Of a stretch of 24,000 nucleotides of DNA, positions 1 to 8,331 are shown in pieces. Under the pieces are notes generated by a model. The model saw only the letters and a list, made by a program, of their open reading frames with translations, was not told the origin of the DNA and did no database searches. How positions within the stretch are numbered: position 1 is the stretch's first letter; each line of letters begins with the position of its first letter. The position numbers and the translations under genes are program-made. Source of the stretch: Candidatus Saccharimonadales bacterium (GTDB lineage: Bacteria > Patescibacteriota > Saccharimonadia > Saccharimonadales > OMJO01); the NCBI GenBank assembly GCA_038216175.1, contig JBBQQG010000008.1, positions 3,632-27,631 of the forward strand, read 5' to 3'.

Positions 1-75
1 CGGAAAATAGTTATTTATAAAGCTGATGGTCTTAGCCAAATTGTATTGTTTGAATCTATAGAACCAGAAGCATAA
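1..75 (+). CDS. 3' end of an unidentified upstream CDS (partial; ...RKIVIYKADGLSQIVLFESIEPEA*)
   Basis: Frame 1 is open from the window edge to TAA at 73-75. It is on the same strand as every other gene. It is too short to assign a family. Confidence 0.35.
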   Translation, partial: RKIVIYKADGLSQIVLFESIEPEA

Positions 76-95
76 AACCTATATACTTAAGTGTA

Positions 96-1226
96 ATGTC
101 TTTATTTTTACTTATTTCAGGAATTATATTAATTATACTTTTAGTTGTCATTCATGAGTTTGGTCATTTTATTATGGCAAGAAGAAGCGGGGTTGTAGTA
201 GAAGAATTTGGTATTGGAATTCCGCCCAGAGCATTAGTTCTTACAACTAAAAAAGGTATAGTCTACACACTCAACTGGATTCCATTAGGCGGATTTGTAA
301 AATTAAAAGGCGAGAATGATTCAGACACTGCTCCTGGTAGCTACGGTGCTGCCTCATTATTTAATAAGATTAAAATAATGTTAGCAGGAGTAATTATGAA
401 TGTGTTTGCTGCATTTATCTTGCTCACTTTTTTATCATTAATTGGAATGCCGCAACTTATTGATAACCAATTTACTATAAAAAGCGACACCAGAGTAGTT
501 AAAAATGAGATATTAATTGGGGGTGTAGAAAAAGATTCACCGGCAGAAAAGGCCGGATTAAAAAGCCGTGACAGAATAATGTCAATTGGACAAAATTATT
601 CAGATCAGCAACGAGTAGATTCAATAGACAATCTTCCAAAATTAACTAAATCTCTGGCCGGTAAAAAAGCAGTACTTTATTATCAAAGAAATAGTAGAAT
701 TGATTACACGACCGTTAATCTCAGAAGTAGTAGTGAGGTTGAAGCTAGCTTAAATACTAGTAATTCAAAGGGATATTTAGGTGTATATCCAACTGAATAC
801 AAACTACTTCGTTCAACCTGGAGCGCTCCGTTAGTAGCGGTAGGTTTTATTAAACAATTCACAGTACTAACATTCAAAGCACTAGGAACAGCTGTTTCTA
901 GTATATTTCATGGCCATGTTAAAGCTGCATCTACTCAAGTGGCCGGTCCGATAGGTATTTTTGTACTTATCAAAGATGGTAGTTCGCTTGGATACCAATT
1001 CATTTTAATGATAGTCGCTGTTATATCCTTAACTCTAGCAATAATGAATGTGCTCCCGATACCGGCCTTAGATGGTGGCCGCTTATTTGTAACTTTAATT
1101 TTTCATTTTTTCCGACGGCCGCTTCCTAAAAATACAGAGAATATAATTCATAGACTAGGCTTTTTATTTCTTATGATTTTAGCAATTTTAGTTACTATTT
1201 CTGATATAACAAAACGGAATTTCTAA
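96..1226 (+). CDS. rseP: RIP (site-2) zinc metalloprotease, M50 family, RseP-like with a single PDZ domain
   Basis: HEFGH (HExxH) at aa 20-24 inside the first TM helix. A central PDZ-like segment (GGVEKDSPAEKAGLKSRDRIMSIG) is present. The C-terminal NVLPIPALDGGRL motif is typical of M50/RseP. Multiple hydrophobic helices. Confidence 0.9.
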   Translation: MSLFLLISGIILIILLVVIHEFGHFIMARRSGVVVEEFGIGIPPRALVLTTKKGIVYTLNWIPLGGFVKLKGENDSDTAPGSYGAASLFNKIKIMLAGVIMNVFAAFILLTFLSLIGMPQLIDNQFTIKSDTRVVKNEILIGGVEKDSPAEKAGLKSRDRIMSIGQNYSDQQRVDSIDNLPKLTKSLAGKKAVLYYQRNSRIDYTTVNLRSSSEVEASLNTSNSKGYLGVYPTEYKLLRSTWSAPLVAVGFIKQFTVLTFKALGTAVSSIFHGHVKAASTQVAGPIGIFVLIKDGSSLGYQFILMIVAVISLTLAIMNVLPIPALDGGRLFVTLIFHFFRRPLPKNTENIIHRLGFLFLMILAILVTISDITKRNF

Positions 1227-2063
1227 GTGTTGGCAACAGGGAATATAAATTATGTTTCTATTGTCATTGTAGCGATTGCCAGTATTTGTATATTTCACGC
1301 TATTTTTAGCTATATCATTAAACCATCCGAGGAAAGTTTACTAAAAAATAAGCTACATTGGTTTGCATTTGAATCCGTTACAGTAACTATTGCAATTTAC
1401 CTACTTGCCCAGTTAATCGCCGTTGCTGTAATTACAATTGCACTCGGTCCTAAATTTATTGCGTCTGATTCCGTTATCGGACAGTTCATTACCGTTTTTT
1501 TTGTTGAAGGAGCTACTCTTTCAATGCTATTTCTATTCCTGCGAAGACGCAAAGCGAACTTAAGCGAACTAGGATTAAAAAAACCAAAACTTATCGATAT
1601 TGGCTACGCTTTATCGGGATTTGCAGCATATATATTAATATATGTAGTTGTTCTCCAAATTGTTCAAAAGCTTATTCCAAACATTAATACCAGTCAAAAA
1701 CAGGATTTAGGGTTTAGTACCCATAATAACGGGATTTCATTAGTAGCAATTTTTATAAGTCTAGTTGTACTACCCCCCCTAGTAGAGGAAATAATTACAC
1801 GGGGATTTCTATATACTGGGCTGCGCAGTAAAATCAATAAAGTTTTAGCGGCACTAATTACGAGTGCATTATTTGCAAGTGCCCATTTGCAAGCTGGAAG
1901 TGGCAATAAACTGCTTTGGGTTGCGGCTATCGATACCTTTATTTTATCGATTGTGCTCATATATCTGAGACAGAAAACTGACCGACTTTGGGCATCAATT
2001 TTGCTACATGCAATAAAAAACGGTATCGCTTTTGTCAGTTTATTTGTTCTTCATTTGTCATAA
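1227..2063 (+). CDS. CPBP family (CAAX/Abi-type) intramembrane glutamic metalloprotease
   Basis: All three CPBP motifs are present: EExxxR (VEEIITRGFLY), FxxxH (LFASAHL) and HxxxN (LLHAIKNG). The protein is polytopic and hydrophobic. The GTG start directly abuts the rseP stop (TAA 1224-1226, GTG 1227). Confidence 0.85.
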   Translation: MLATGNINYVSIVIVAIASICIFHAIFSYIIKPSEESLLKNKLHWFAFESVTVTIAIYLLAQLIAVAVITIALGPKFIASDSVIGQFITVFFVEGATLSMLFLFLRRRKANLSELGLKKPKLIDIGYALSGFAAYILIYVVVLQIVQKLIPNINTSQKQDLGFSTHNNGISLVAIFISLVVLPPLVEEIITRGFLYTGLRSKINKVLAALITSALFASAHLQAGSGNKLLWVAAIDTFILSIVLIYLRQKTDRLWASILLHAIKNGIAFVSLFVLHLS

Positions 2064-2120
2064 ATAGGAAAGTCGTTTTGTAGCTTCTAACTAAGCAATG
2101 TAGAATAGTGGCAATACATT

Positions 2121-3371
2121 ATGAGGTTATCCCAACTTTTTACAAAAACGAGAAAAGAGGTTTCGACAGATGAAACTTCAAAGAATGCCCAGCTGTTAAT
2201 TAAATCTGGATTTATTTACAAGGAGATGGCTGGAGTTTATGCTTTTCTACCTTTGGGGCTCATCGTAATTGAAAAAATAAAAGCAATCGTCAGAGAAGAG
2301 ATGGATAATTTGGGGGCAAGTGAACTATCGATGACAACAATTCAGTCAAAAGATTTATGGCAAAAAACTGACAGGTGGGATGATAAAAACGTCGATGTTT
2401 GGTTCAAATCCGAATTGAAAAACGGATCAGAAATAGGATTTGGCTGGTCACACGAGGAGCCTATTACCAATATGCTAAGAAGTTATATTTCAAGTTACAG
2501 GGATTTACCGGTTTATGTTTATCAGTTTCAAAATAAACTCAGAAACGAGCTACGTGCCAAGAGCGGAATAATGAGAGGTCGTGAGTTTCTAATGAAAGAT
2601 ATGTACTCTTTTAGTTCAGATGAAGATAAGCATAAGTCTTTTTACGATAATACGATCACAGCTTACAATAAGGTTTTTGATCGCGTTGGCATTGGTAAAG
2701 ACACCTTTCTGACATTTGCGTCAGGCGGTGCATTTACACAGTTTAGTCACGAATTTCAAACATTAACAGATTCAGGCGAAGATGTTATTTATTTGCATAG
2801 ACAAAAGAAGATTGCCGTTAATAAAGAAGTACTTACTTCGGAAGTACTCGATCAACTGGGACTTAAACGAGAAGAGCTTGAAGAGTTAAAAGCTGCCGAG
2901 GTTGGCAATATTTTTAGTTTCGGAAGTATAAAAACAGATCAATTGGGTTTAAGCTATGTTGATGTAGATGGAAAAACGCGTCCGGTTATATTAGGATCAT
3001 ACGGAATAGGTATAAGCCGTCTCATGGGTGTGATTGTTGAATTATTCTCAGATGAAAAGGGTATTGTTTGGCCTGAAAATATCGCTCCAGCTAAAGTTTA
3101 TTTAGCTCGCATAGGAGAAAACAATGAAGTAATTACATCGGCAGATATGTTTTATAAAGTACTTACTGATAAAAATATTGAAGTTATTTACGATGACAGG
3201 GATATTAGAGCTGGTGAAAAGTTCGCTGATGCCGATTTAATAGGTATACCATATCGCGTTGTCATAAGTGATAAAACCCTTAAAAGCGGGTTAATTGAAG
3301 TAAAGAGGCGGAAAGAAAAAGAATCTACAAATATGTCAGAGAAGGAATTTATAAAAAAATTGGCTACCTAA
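2121..3371 (+). CDS. proS: Prolyl-tRNA synthetase, bacterial-type N-terminus and core but lacking the INS editing domain
   Basis: N-terminus MRLSQLF...SKNAQLLIKSGFI. Class II motif 2 region YQFQNKLRNELRAKSGIMRGREFLMKDMYSF. SHEFQ and GSYGIGISRL motifs and a C-terminal anticodon-binding region are present. At 416 aa it is about 150 aa shorter than E. coli-type ProRS. Confidence 0.9.
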   Translation: MRLSQLFTKTRKEVSTDETSKNAQLLIKSGFIYKEMAGVYAFLPLGLIVIEKIKAIVREEMDNLGASELSMTTIQSKDLWQKTDRWDDKNVDVWFKSELKNGSEIGFGWSHEEPITNMLRSYISSYRDLPVYVYQFQNKLRNELRAKSGIMRGREFLMKDMYSFSSDEDKHKSFYDNTITAYNKVFDRVGIGKDTFLTFASGGAFTQFSHEFQTLTDSGEDVIYLHRQKKIAVNKEVLTSEVLDQLGLKREELEELKAAEVGNIFSFGSIKTDQLGLSYVDVDGKTRPVILGSYGIGISRLMGVIVELFSDEKGIVWPENIAPAKVYLARIGENNEVITSADMFYKVLTDKNIEVIYDDRDIRAGEKFADADLIGIPYRVVISDKTLKSGLIEVKRRKEKESTNMSEKEFIKKLAT

Positions 3372-3380
3372 GTCGTAGCT

Positions 3381-3389
3381 TGGTATAAT
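3381..3389 (+). promoter_or_regulatory. Extended -10 promoter element TGgTATAAT upstream of greA
   Basis: Exact TGnTATAAT match 63 nt upstream of the greA ATG. The leader carries an AAGGAG Shine-Dalgarno at 3436-3441. Sequence pattern only; no transcript data. Confidence 0.4.
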
Positions 3390-3451
3390 CGAGGCATTCC
3401 GAGTTTCAGATCACATTTGTTGATACGGCTTAATTAAGGAGCATAGTAATT

Positions 3452-3910
3452 ATGAAGAAACAATTTTATTTGACCAAAGAAGGTGTTGTTGAGCTTGAAT
3501 CTGAGCATAAAATTTTAGTATCACAAAGATCATTAGTAGCAGAACGTATTAAAACTGCTCGTGAATTCGGAGATTTAGCCGAGAATGCCGAATACAGTTC
3601 TGCCCGCCAAGAACAAGAAAGGCTCGAAGCTAGAATAAGTGAAATCGAGCATATTTTACAAAATGTAGAAGTTATTGCTAAACCTAAAACAGATAATAAA
3701 GTACAGCTCGGATCCAAAGTCAGTTTAAAAGGCGATGGTAAAAATAAAGAGTTTCAGGTAGTAGGTACTGTTGAAGCTGATCCTTTAAATGGAAAAATAT
3801 CAGATGAATCTCCAATCGGCAAAGCTTTGCTTGGCAAAAAAACTGGCGACGAAGTCGAAATTGTCACGCCGGCCGAAACGCTTAAATATAAAATTACAGA
3901 TATTAAATAG
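3452..3910 (+). CDS. greA: Transcription elongation factor GreA
   Basis: N-terminal coiled-coil with the conserved acidic tip region (AREFGDLAENAEYSSARQEQ) and a C-terminal globular domain. 152 aa. Strong SD upstream. Confidence 0.92.
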   Translation: MKKQFYLTKEGVVELESEHKILVSQRSLVAERIKTAREFGDLAENAEYSSARQEQERLEARISEIEHILQNVEVIAKPKTDNKVQLGSKVSLKGDGKNKEFQVVGTVEADPLNGKISDESPIGKALLGKKTGDEVEIVTPAETLKYKITDIK

Positions 3911-3955
3911 CTAGGCAATTATAAAATTTAATTCTAAAGATTATAATAAAACTAT

Positions 3956-5470
3956 ATGGCTACACTAAAAGAGTTAAGAGACGAAAGACTGAGAAAGTTA
4001 GCCGAGATAAAAAAGCTCGGAATAGATCCTTATCCGGCAAAATCTAATAGAACGAATTATTGTCAGGATGTGATTGACAATTATAGTGATTTTGAAAGTA
4101 AACAAGTCACAGTAGCCGGGCGAATAACTAGCTTCAGAAAATTTGGTAAAATTGCGTTTATTGTAATTAAAGACCAGAGCGGTACACTACAACTTTTTTT
4201 AAAAGAAGATATCGTTGAAAAATTAAATCCGTCAGATTCCGCCATCGGAATGGATGAATTAAATCTGCTCGATATCGGAGATTTTATCGATACTACCGGA
4301 AAAGTAATAACGACAAAAACTGGCGAAATATCGGTCGAAGTTAGTAAAATTAGACTACTAACTAAATCTCTTCGACCTATGCCAACAAAGCAGGATGGTT
4401 TTACAAACAAAGAAGAGCGCTTAAGACGTCGATATATAGATATGAATGTAAATAAGGATGTATATGAGCGTTATATTCGCAGAAGCAAGTTTTGGCAGGC
4501 AACAAGAGAGTTTCTGATACAAAAAGGGTTTTATGAGATTAACATACCTGTACTAGAAGCCATAGCCGGCGGTGCTGATGCCAAGCCGTTTATCACTCAT
4601 ATGGATGCTCTTGATCAGGATTTTTATCTTCGAATTAGTCATGAACTCCCTTTAAAAAGACTTTTAGTTGGCGGTTATGAAAAAATTTTTGATATAGGTG
4701 CTAGATTTAGAAATGAGAACTACTCTGATGAACATTTACCGGAACATATCGCTATGGAATGGTATTGGTCTTATGCCGACTGGTACGACGGAATGAAGCT
4801 GACGCAGGATTTGGTAAGGTTCATTGCAGATAAGACATGGCAGACTAGAAAATTCAAATTAGCTAATGGTCAAGGAGTAGATTTAGGACCAGATAAACAA
4901 GACTGGTCTCGGATAAGTTTTGTAGAACTAATTAAAAAGCAGTATGGTTTTAATTGTCTTGATGTCACTTTAGAAGAAGCGGTATCGAAATTAAAAGAAA
5001 TTGGTGGGGAAGTTGAAAAAATTGATAATAAAGCCCGAGTAATAGATAAGTTATGGAAAAAAATTAGGGTTGAGATTAGTGGTCCGGCATTTTTAATCGA
5101 CATACCGGTTTTTATGCAGCCGCTTGCTAAGTTACAGCCGAAGGACGATCGACTGACTGAGCAGTTTAACCTTATATTGGGTGGAACGGAAGCTTGTAAA
5201 GCGTATAGCGAGCTGAATGATCCCATCGACCAATATAAAAGGTTTACTGAACAGCAGCAGCTACGTAAAGAGGGCGATGACGAAGCTCAAATGATGGATA
5301 TAGACTACGTTGAAGCGCTTGAATACGGTATGCCTCCTGCTTGTGGCTATGGTCATAGTGAGAGGCTTTTTTGGATGCTTGAAGCAGTTACAGCTAGAGA
5401 AGGGGTGCCATTCCCGCAACTTCGATTTGAGATTGATGATAACACCAAGAATTTATATCCTGGGATTTGA
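3956..5470 (+). CDS. lysS: Lysyl-tRNA synthetase, class II
   Basis: N-terminal RLRKL...GIDPYP followed by an OB-fold anticodon-binding region. Class II core motifs are present (FYLRISHELPLKRLLVGGYEKIFDIGARFRNE; GMPPACGYGHSERL). 504 aa. Confidence 0.93.
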   Translation: MATLKELRDERLRKLAEIKKLGIDPYPAKSNRTNYCQDVIDNYSDFESKQVTVAGRITSFRKFGKIAFIVIKDQSGTLQLFLKEDIVEKLNPSDSAIGMDELNLLDIGDFIDTTGKVITTKTGEISVEVSKIRLLTKSLRPMPTKQDGFTNKEERLRRRYIDMNVNKDVYERYIRRSKFWQATREFLIQKGFYEINIPVLEAIAGGADAKPFITHMDALDQDFYLRISHELPLKRLLVGGYEKIFDIGARFRNENYSDEHLPEHIAMEWYWSYADWYDGMKLTQDLVRFIADKTWQTRKFKLANGQGVDLGPDKQDWSRISFVELIKKQYGFNCLDVTLEEAVSKLKEIGGEVEKIDNKARVIDKLWKKIRVEISGPAFLIDIPVFMQPLAKLQPKDDRLTEQFNLILGGTEACKAYSELNDPIDQYKRFTEQQQLRKEGDDEAQMMDIDYVEALEYGMPPACGYGHSERLFWMLEAVTAREGVPFPQLRFEIDDNTKNLYPGI

Positions 5471-5522
5471 GTAATAAGGATATCAGACTGTTTATGGTAT
5501 TGCTGATCGCGTATACTAATGT

Positions 5523-6056
5523 ATGTATAGGTTTCATATGCAGCATCATTCCCCAAGAAATAATCTAAGCCGGGATCATAAGTTAGGACTTACTCTAGCA
5601 AGCTTTGCTTTCATGCTTTTACTGATTTCAGTGTTGGTAAATCACGGTAATAACTTAAAATCTAACAATTTAGCATCGTTTAGTTTAAATAATCAAACAG
5701 CAGTGCTAGGCGCTCAAACTAGTGCTATAACTAATATGCTTACAGTTGATAAATTATCTGTTTCAGATAGTTCAAATAAATCAGTAAAACACTATATTAT
5801 AAGTGTAACGATTACCAACCTTACCAACAAAACTATTATTATAAATCGGCAAAATCAATTTAATCTGGTAGACGATTTAGGCAATTTTTACACCACATCT
5901 AGCCGGAATTTATCGTCAAATCAACTGGCCGGCATTGTTGAGACTGGAAAAAATTCTAGCGGAAATGTTGAATTTGACATACCCAGCCCGGCTCACGTCA
6001 ATACCCTTAGATTCCAGATTGACCAAGACAGCGCGCAGATAAACGAATCGATTTAA
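5523..6056 (+). CDS. Membrane-anchored hypothetical protein with an extracytoplasmic beta-rich domain (tentatively DUF4352-like)
   Basis: Single N-terminal TM helix (LGLTLASFAFMLLLISVLV). It is followed by an S/N/T-rich linker and a domain with alternating beta-strand-like pattern (HYIISVTITNLTNKTIIINRQNQFNLVDDLGNFY...GNVEFDIP). The start is uncertain (ATG 5523 or ATG 5538). The family call is from memory and weak. Confidence 0.55.
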   Translation: MYRFHMQHHSPRNNLSRDHKLGLTLASFAFMLLLISVLVNHGNNLKSNNLASFSLNNQTAVLGAQTSAITNMLTVDKLSVSDSSNKSVKHYIISVTITNLTNKTIIINRQNQFNLVDDLGNFYTTSSRNLSSNQLAGIVETGKNSSGNVEFDIPSPAHVNTLRFQIDQDSAQINESI

Positions 6057-6116
6057 CTGGTATTATTTTTTGTAACTTTCGCTACAATAACAAATGAAAG
6101 AATTAAAAGGTAAATT

Positions 6117-6815
6117 TTGATAGAAGTTAGAAACATTAATAAAATTTATGGTAAGAAAGATAATGCTTTTAACGCGTTAAAAGACATTAATTTTTCTATT
6201 CCAGATGGTAGTACGGTAGCAATAGTAGGTAAAAGTGGTTCTGGGAAGTCTACGCTTATGCATATAATGAGTGGTCTGGAGCATCCTACAAGTGGTGAAA
6301 TCATTATTAACGGTAAAAATCTGCAACAATTAAAATCACGGCAGATGGATAATTTTAGAGCCACTGAAATGAGTTTTATCTTTCAGTCGTTCTTTGTTGA
6401 AGCAAATCAAACCTGCTATCAAAACGTTATGCTTCCACTTGAAATAGCAAAAATACCTTTTAAAGACAGAAGAAATTTAGTAAAAATAGCATTACAAGCG
6501 GTTGAACTTGATGACAAGATCGATAGCCAAGCTAGCAAATTATCCGGAGGTCAAAAGCAGAGACTGGCTATAGCCAGAGCTATAGTAAATAAGCCGAAAT
6601 TAATTTTTGCCGATGAACCAACAGGAAATTTGGACAGTGCCACCGGTGAACTTATTATTAAGCAGCTTTTTAATTTAAATAAATTACTCGGATGCACAAT
6701 TATAATTGTCACGCACGATCAGGAACTTGCTGACAGATGTCAGATTGAAATTAGAGTTAAAGACGGCATAGTAATTGAAATATTAAATCGGACCAATAAA
6801 AACAAGGGACATTAA
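6117..6815 (+). CDS. ABC transporter ATP-binding protein, MacB/LolD/FtsE-like subfamily
   Basis: Walker A GKSGSGKST, signature LSGGQKQRLAIARA, Walker B LIFADEPT and H-loop VTHD. TTG start preceded by AAAAGG 6 nt upstream. The stop overlaps the permease start (TAATG). Confidence 0.9.
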   Translation: MIEVRNINKIYGKKDNAFNALKDINFSIPDGSTVAIVGKSGSGKSTLMHIMSGLEHPTSGEIIINGKNLQQLKSRQMDNFRATEMSFIFQSFFVEANQTCYQNVMLPLEIAKIPFKDRRNLVKIALQAVELDDKIDSQASKLSGGQKQRLAIARAIVNKPKLIFADEPTGNLDSATGELIIKQLFNLNKLLGCTIIIVTHDQELADRCQIEIRVKDGIVIEILNRTNKNKGH

Positions 6816-8188
6816 TGTTTATTATAGATATTATTAAACGCTCGGGGCGAAGTTTAAAAAACGCAAAAGCTAGAACTCTTTTAACTGCACTAGCTATTGC
6901 GGTAGGTACTTTCGCATTAACATTAACATTGGCTGCCAGTAATGGTGCCCAGCACTTTGTTAGTAAAATTATTTCTGACAACTTTGACCCAGCTGAATTA
7001 ATAGTTGTGAAAGATGAAACAGTTCTTGGTCGTACAAATACTACTACTCCGCAAGAATATGATGAAAGTTTTGGTACAGTAGCTTCTAGGGCTGGAGCAG
7101 CGACTCAGATTAAAAGACTATCAGACGATGATCTTAATAAAATTAAGAATTTGCCATATGTCGAAAGTACCAGAATAGGTTTAACAGTTAGCCTTCAATA
7201 TATTACAAGACCTGGAATAAAAAAATACGTTGGTACTGCACAGGCATTTAGCCCGGCCCAAAATCCTGAACTACTGGCAGGTTCAATTCCAAAACCACTT
7301 GGCAATAACAAGTTGCTTTTACCAGAAGGGTATTTAAAAGCTCTCGGTTTTAGTAGTGCTGAGGATGCAATCGGTAAATCTATTAAAGTGGTAGTTAAAA
7401 AATCATTTGATCAATCTTCAATTGCCAGTCTACTACAATCAGGAATCTCAGGTGGTTCAGTGCAGTTGCCAAACCCAACAAATACCGGATCACTTGTTGA
7501 ACAATACACGGTAGCAGGCGTTATGAAAAAGCCAACATCAACTCAGCCCGGTACTGAACTTTACATATTTATTGGTAGCGACGATGCACAGCGACTTAAC
7601 GATTTTACGACTAAAAATACTTCTGATTATCATCGTTATCCATTTGTCTATGCCAGAATAAAAAATGGAAAGGACGCTACGACTCTTAAAAAAGCTCAAA
7701 GTAAACTATCAACGTTAGGATATTCTTCACAAAGCGTTGCTGACACTGAAAAATTTCTGACTCAGATAATTTCAATTTTACAAGGGATTGTTGCAGCATT
7801 TGGTGCTATAGCAGTGATTGCATCTGTATTTGGAATAGTAAACACAATGTATATAAGTGTGCTTCAAAGAACTAGAGAGATAGGTCTTATGAAAGCTTTA
7901 GGTATGAGGAAACGAGATATTGGTAGACTGTTTAGATTTGAAGCTGCTTGGATAGGTTTTTTAGGTGGAATTATCGGATCGTTGCTGGCATTTATTTCTG
8001 GTACATTATTAAATCCGTGGATTACTAAAAAACTAGCACTTGGTGACGGGAATAGTTTACTAATTTTCAAACCGCTACAAATAGTAATTCTAATCATAAT
8101 ATTAATAATTATTGCAACTTTTGCCGGATTACTACCGGCCAGAAAAGCCGCTAAATTAGATCCTATCGAAGCATTAAGAACAGAATAG
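6815..8188 (+). CDS. ABC transporter permease, MacB/FtsX family with a large extracytoplasmic domain
   Basis: N-terminal TM helix (RTLLTALAIAVGTFALTLTLA), then about 270 aa of predicted extracytoplasmic sequence. The C-terminal 3-TM FtsX domain follows (VLQRTREIGLMKALGMRKRDIGRLF...LPARKAAKLDPIEALR). Translationally coupled to the ATPase. Confidence 0.88.
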   Translation: MFIIDIIKRSGRSLKNAKARTLLTALAIAVGTFALTLTLAASNGAQHFVSKIISDNFDPAELIVVKDETVLGRTNTTTPQEYDESFGTVASRAGAATQIKRLSDDDLNKIKNLPYVESTRIGLTVSLQYITRPGIKKYVGTAQAFSPAQNPELLAGSIPKPLGNNKLLLPEGYLKALGFSSAEDAIGKSIKVVVKKSFDQSSIASLLQSGISGGSVQLPNPTNTGSLVEQYTVAGVMKKPTSTQPGTELYIFIGSDDAQRLNDFTTKNTSDYHRYPFVYARIKNGKDATTLKKAQSKLSTLGYSSQSVADTEKFLTQIISILQGIVAAFGAIAVIASVFGIVNTMYISVLQRTREIGLMKALGMRKRDIGRLFRFEAAWIGFLGGIIGSLLAFISGTLLNPWITKKLALGDGNSLLIFKPLQIVILIIILIIIATFAGLLPARKAAKLDPIEALRTE

Positions 8189-8245
8189 TTGTCAAAAACT
8201 TAATTACCGATTATTTAAGCTGCTGAAAAGATTATTTTAAGTAGT

Positions 8246-8269
8246 TTATAAAATATTAATATTTTATAA
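8246..8269. repeat. Perfect 24-bp palindrome TTATAAAATATT/AATATTTTATAA in the intergenic region upstream of the heliorhodopsin gene
   Basis: Checked base by base: positions 8246-8257 are the exact reverse complement of 8258-8269, and the flanking pair 8245/8270 mismatches. The composition is all A/T, so the chance expectation is raised in this genome. Confidence 0.6.
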
Positions 8270-8316
8270 CTCGACAATTTAAGTAACTATTACAACTACG
8301 CAATATTGCAAACAGA

Positions 8317-8325
8317 TGTTATAGT
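8317..8325 (+). promoter_or_regulatory. Extended -10-like element TGtTATAGT, 6 nt upstream of the heliorhodopsin ATG (predicts a leaderless mRNA)
   Basis: TG at 8317-8318 and TATAGT at 8320-8325, with the ATG at 8332. There is no SD. A 10-bp palindrome GCAATATTGC (8300-8309) lies in the spacer/-35 region. Confidence 0.35.
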
Positions 8326-8331
8326 TTAATT

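Noticed and set aside
1694-1960. Minus-strand ORF (88 aa) inside the CPBP protease gene. The same situation applies to the minus-strand ORFs at 3466-3717, 4081-4410, 4870-5226, 5353-5556, 6146-6364, 6757-6981, 7864-8097, 10879-11097, 13900-14100, 15105-15296, 15567-15758, 19375-19599, 20567-20773, 22796-22978 and 23355-23609.
   Set aside because: Each lies antisense to, and almost entirely within, a + strand gene with strong family motifs. Their translations are low-complexity (S/L/I/C-rich) with no recognisable motifs, and none has a convincing start context. They are typical shadow ORFs of an AT-rich genome.
2099-2106. TGTAGAAT upstream of proS as another leaderless promoter.
   Set aside because: The hexamer TAGAAT lies 14 nt from the ATG, which is too far for a leaderless start. 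The TG abuts the hexamer without the usual one-base spacer. It may still be an ordinary promoter with a very short leader, but this is not supportable enough to list.
2064-2120. Looked for T-box leaders or other riboswitches upstream of the three aaRS genes (proS 2064-2120, lysS 3911-3955, serS 11841-11860).
   Set aside because: The upstream gaps are only 57, 45 and 20 nt. That is far too short for a T-box (about 200 nt or more), and no specifier/antiterminator-like structure is visible.
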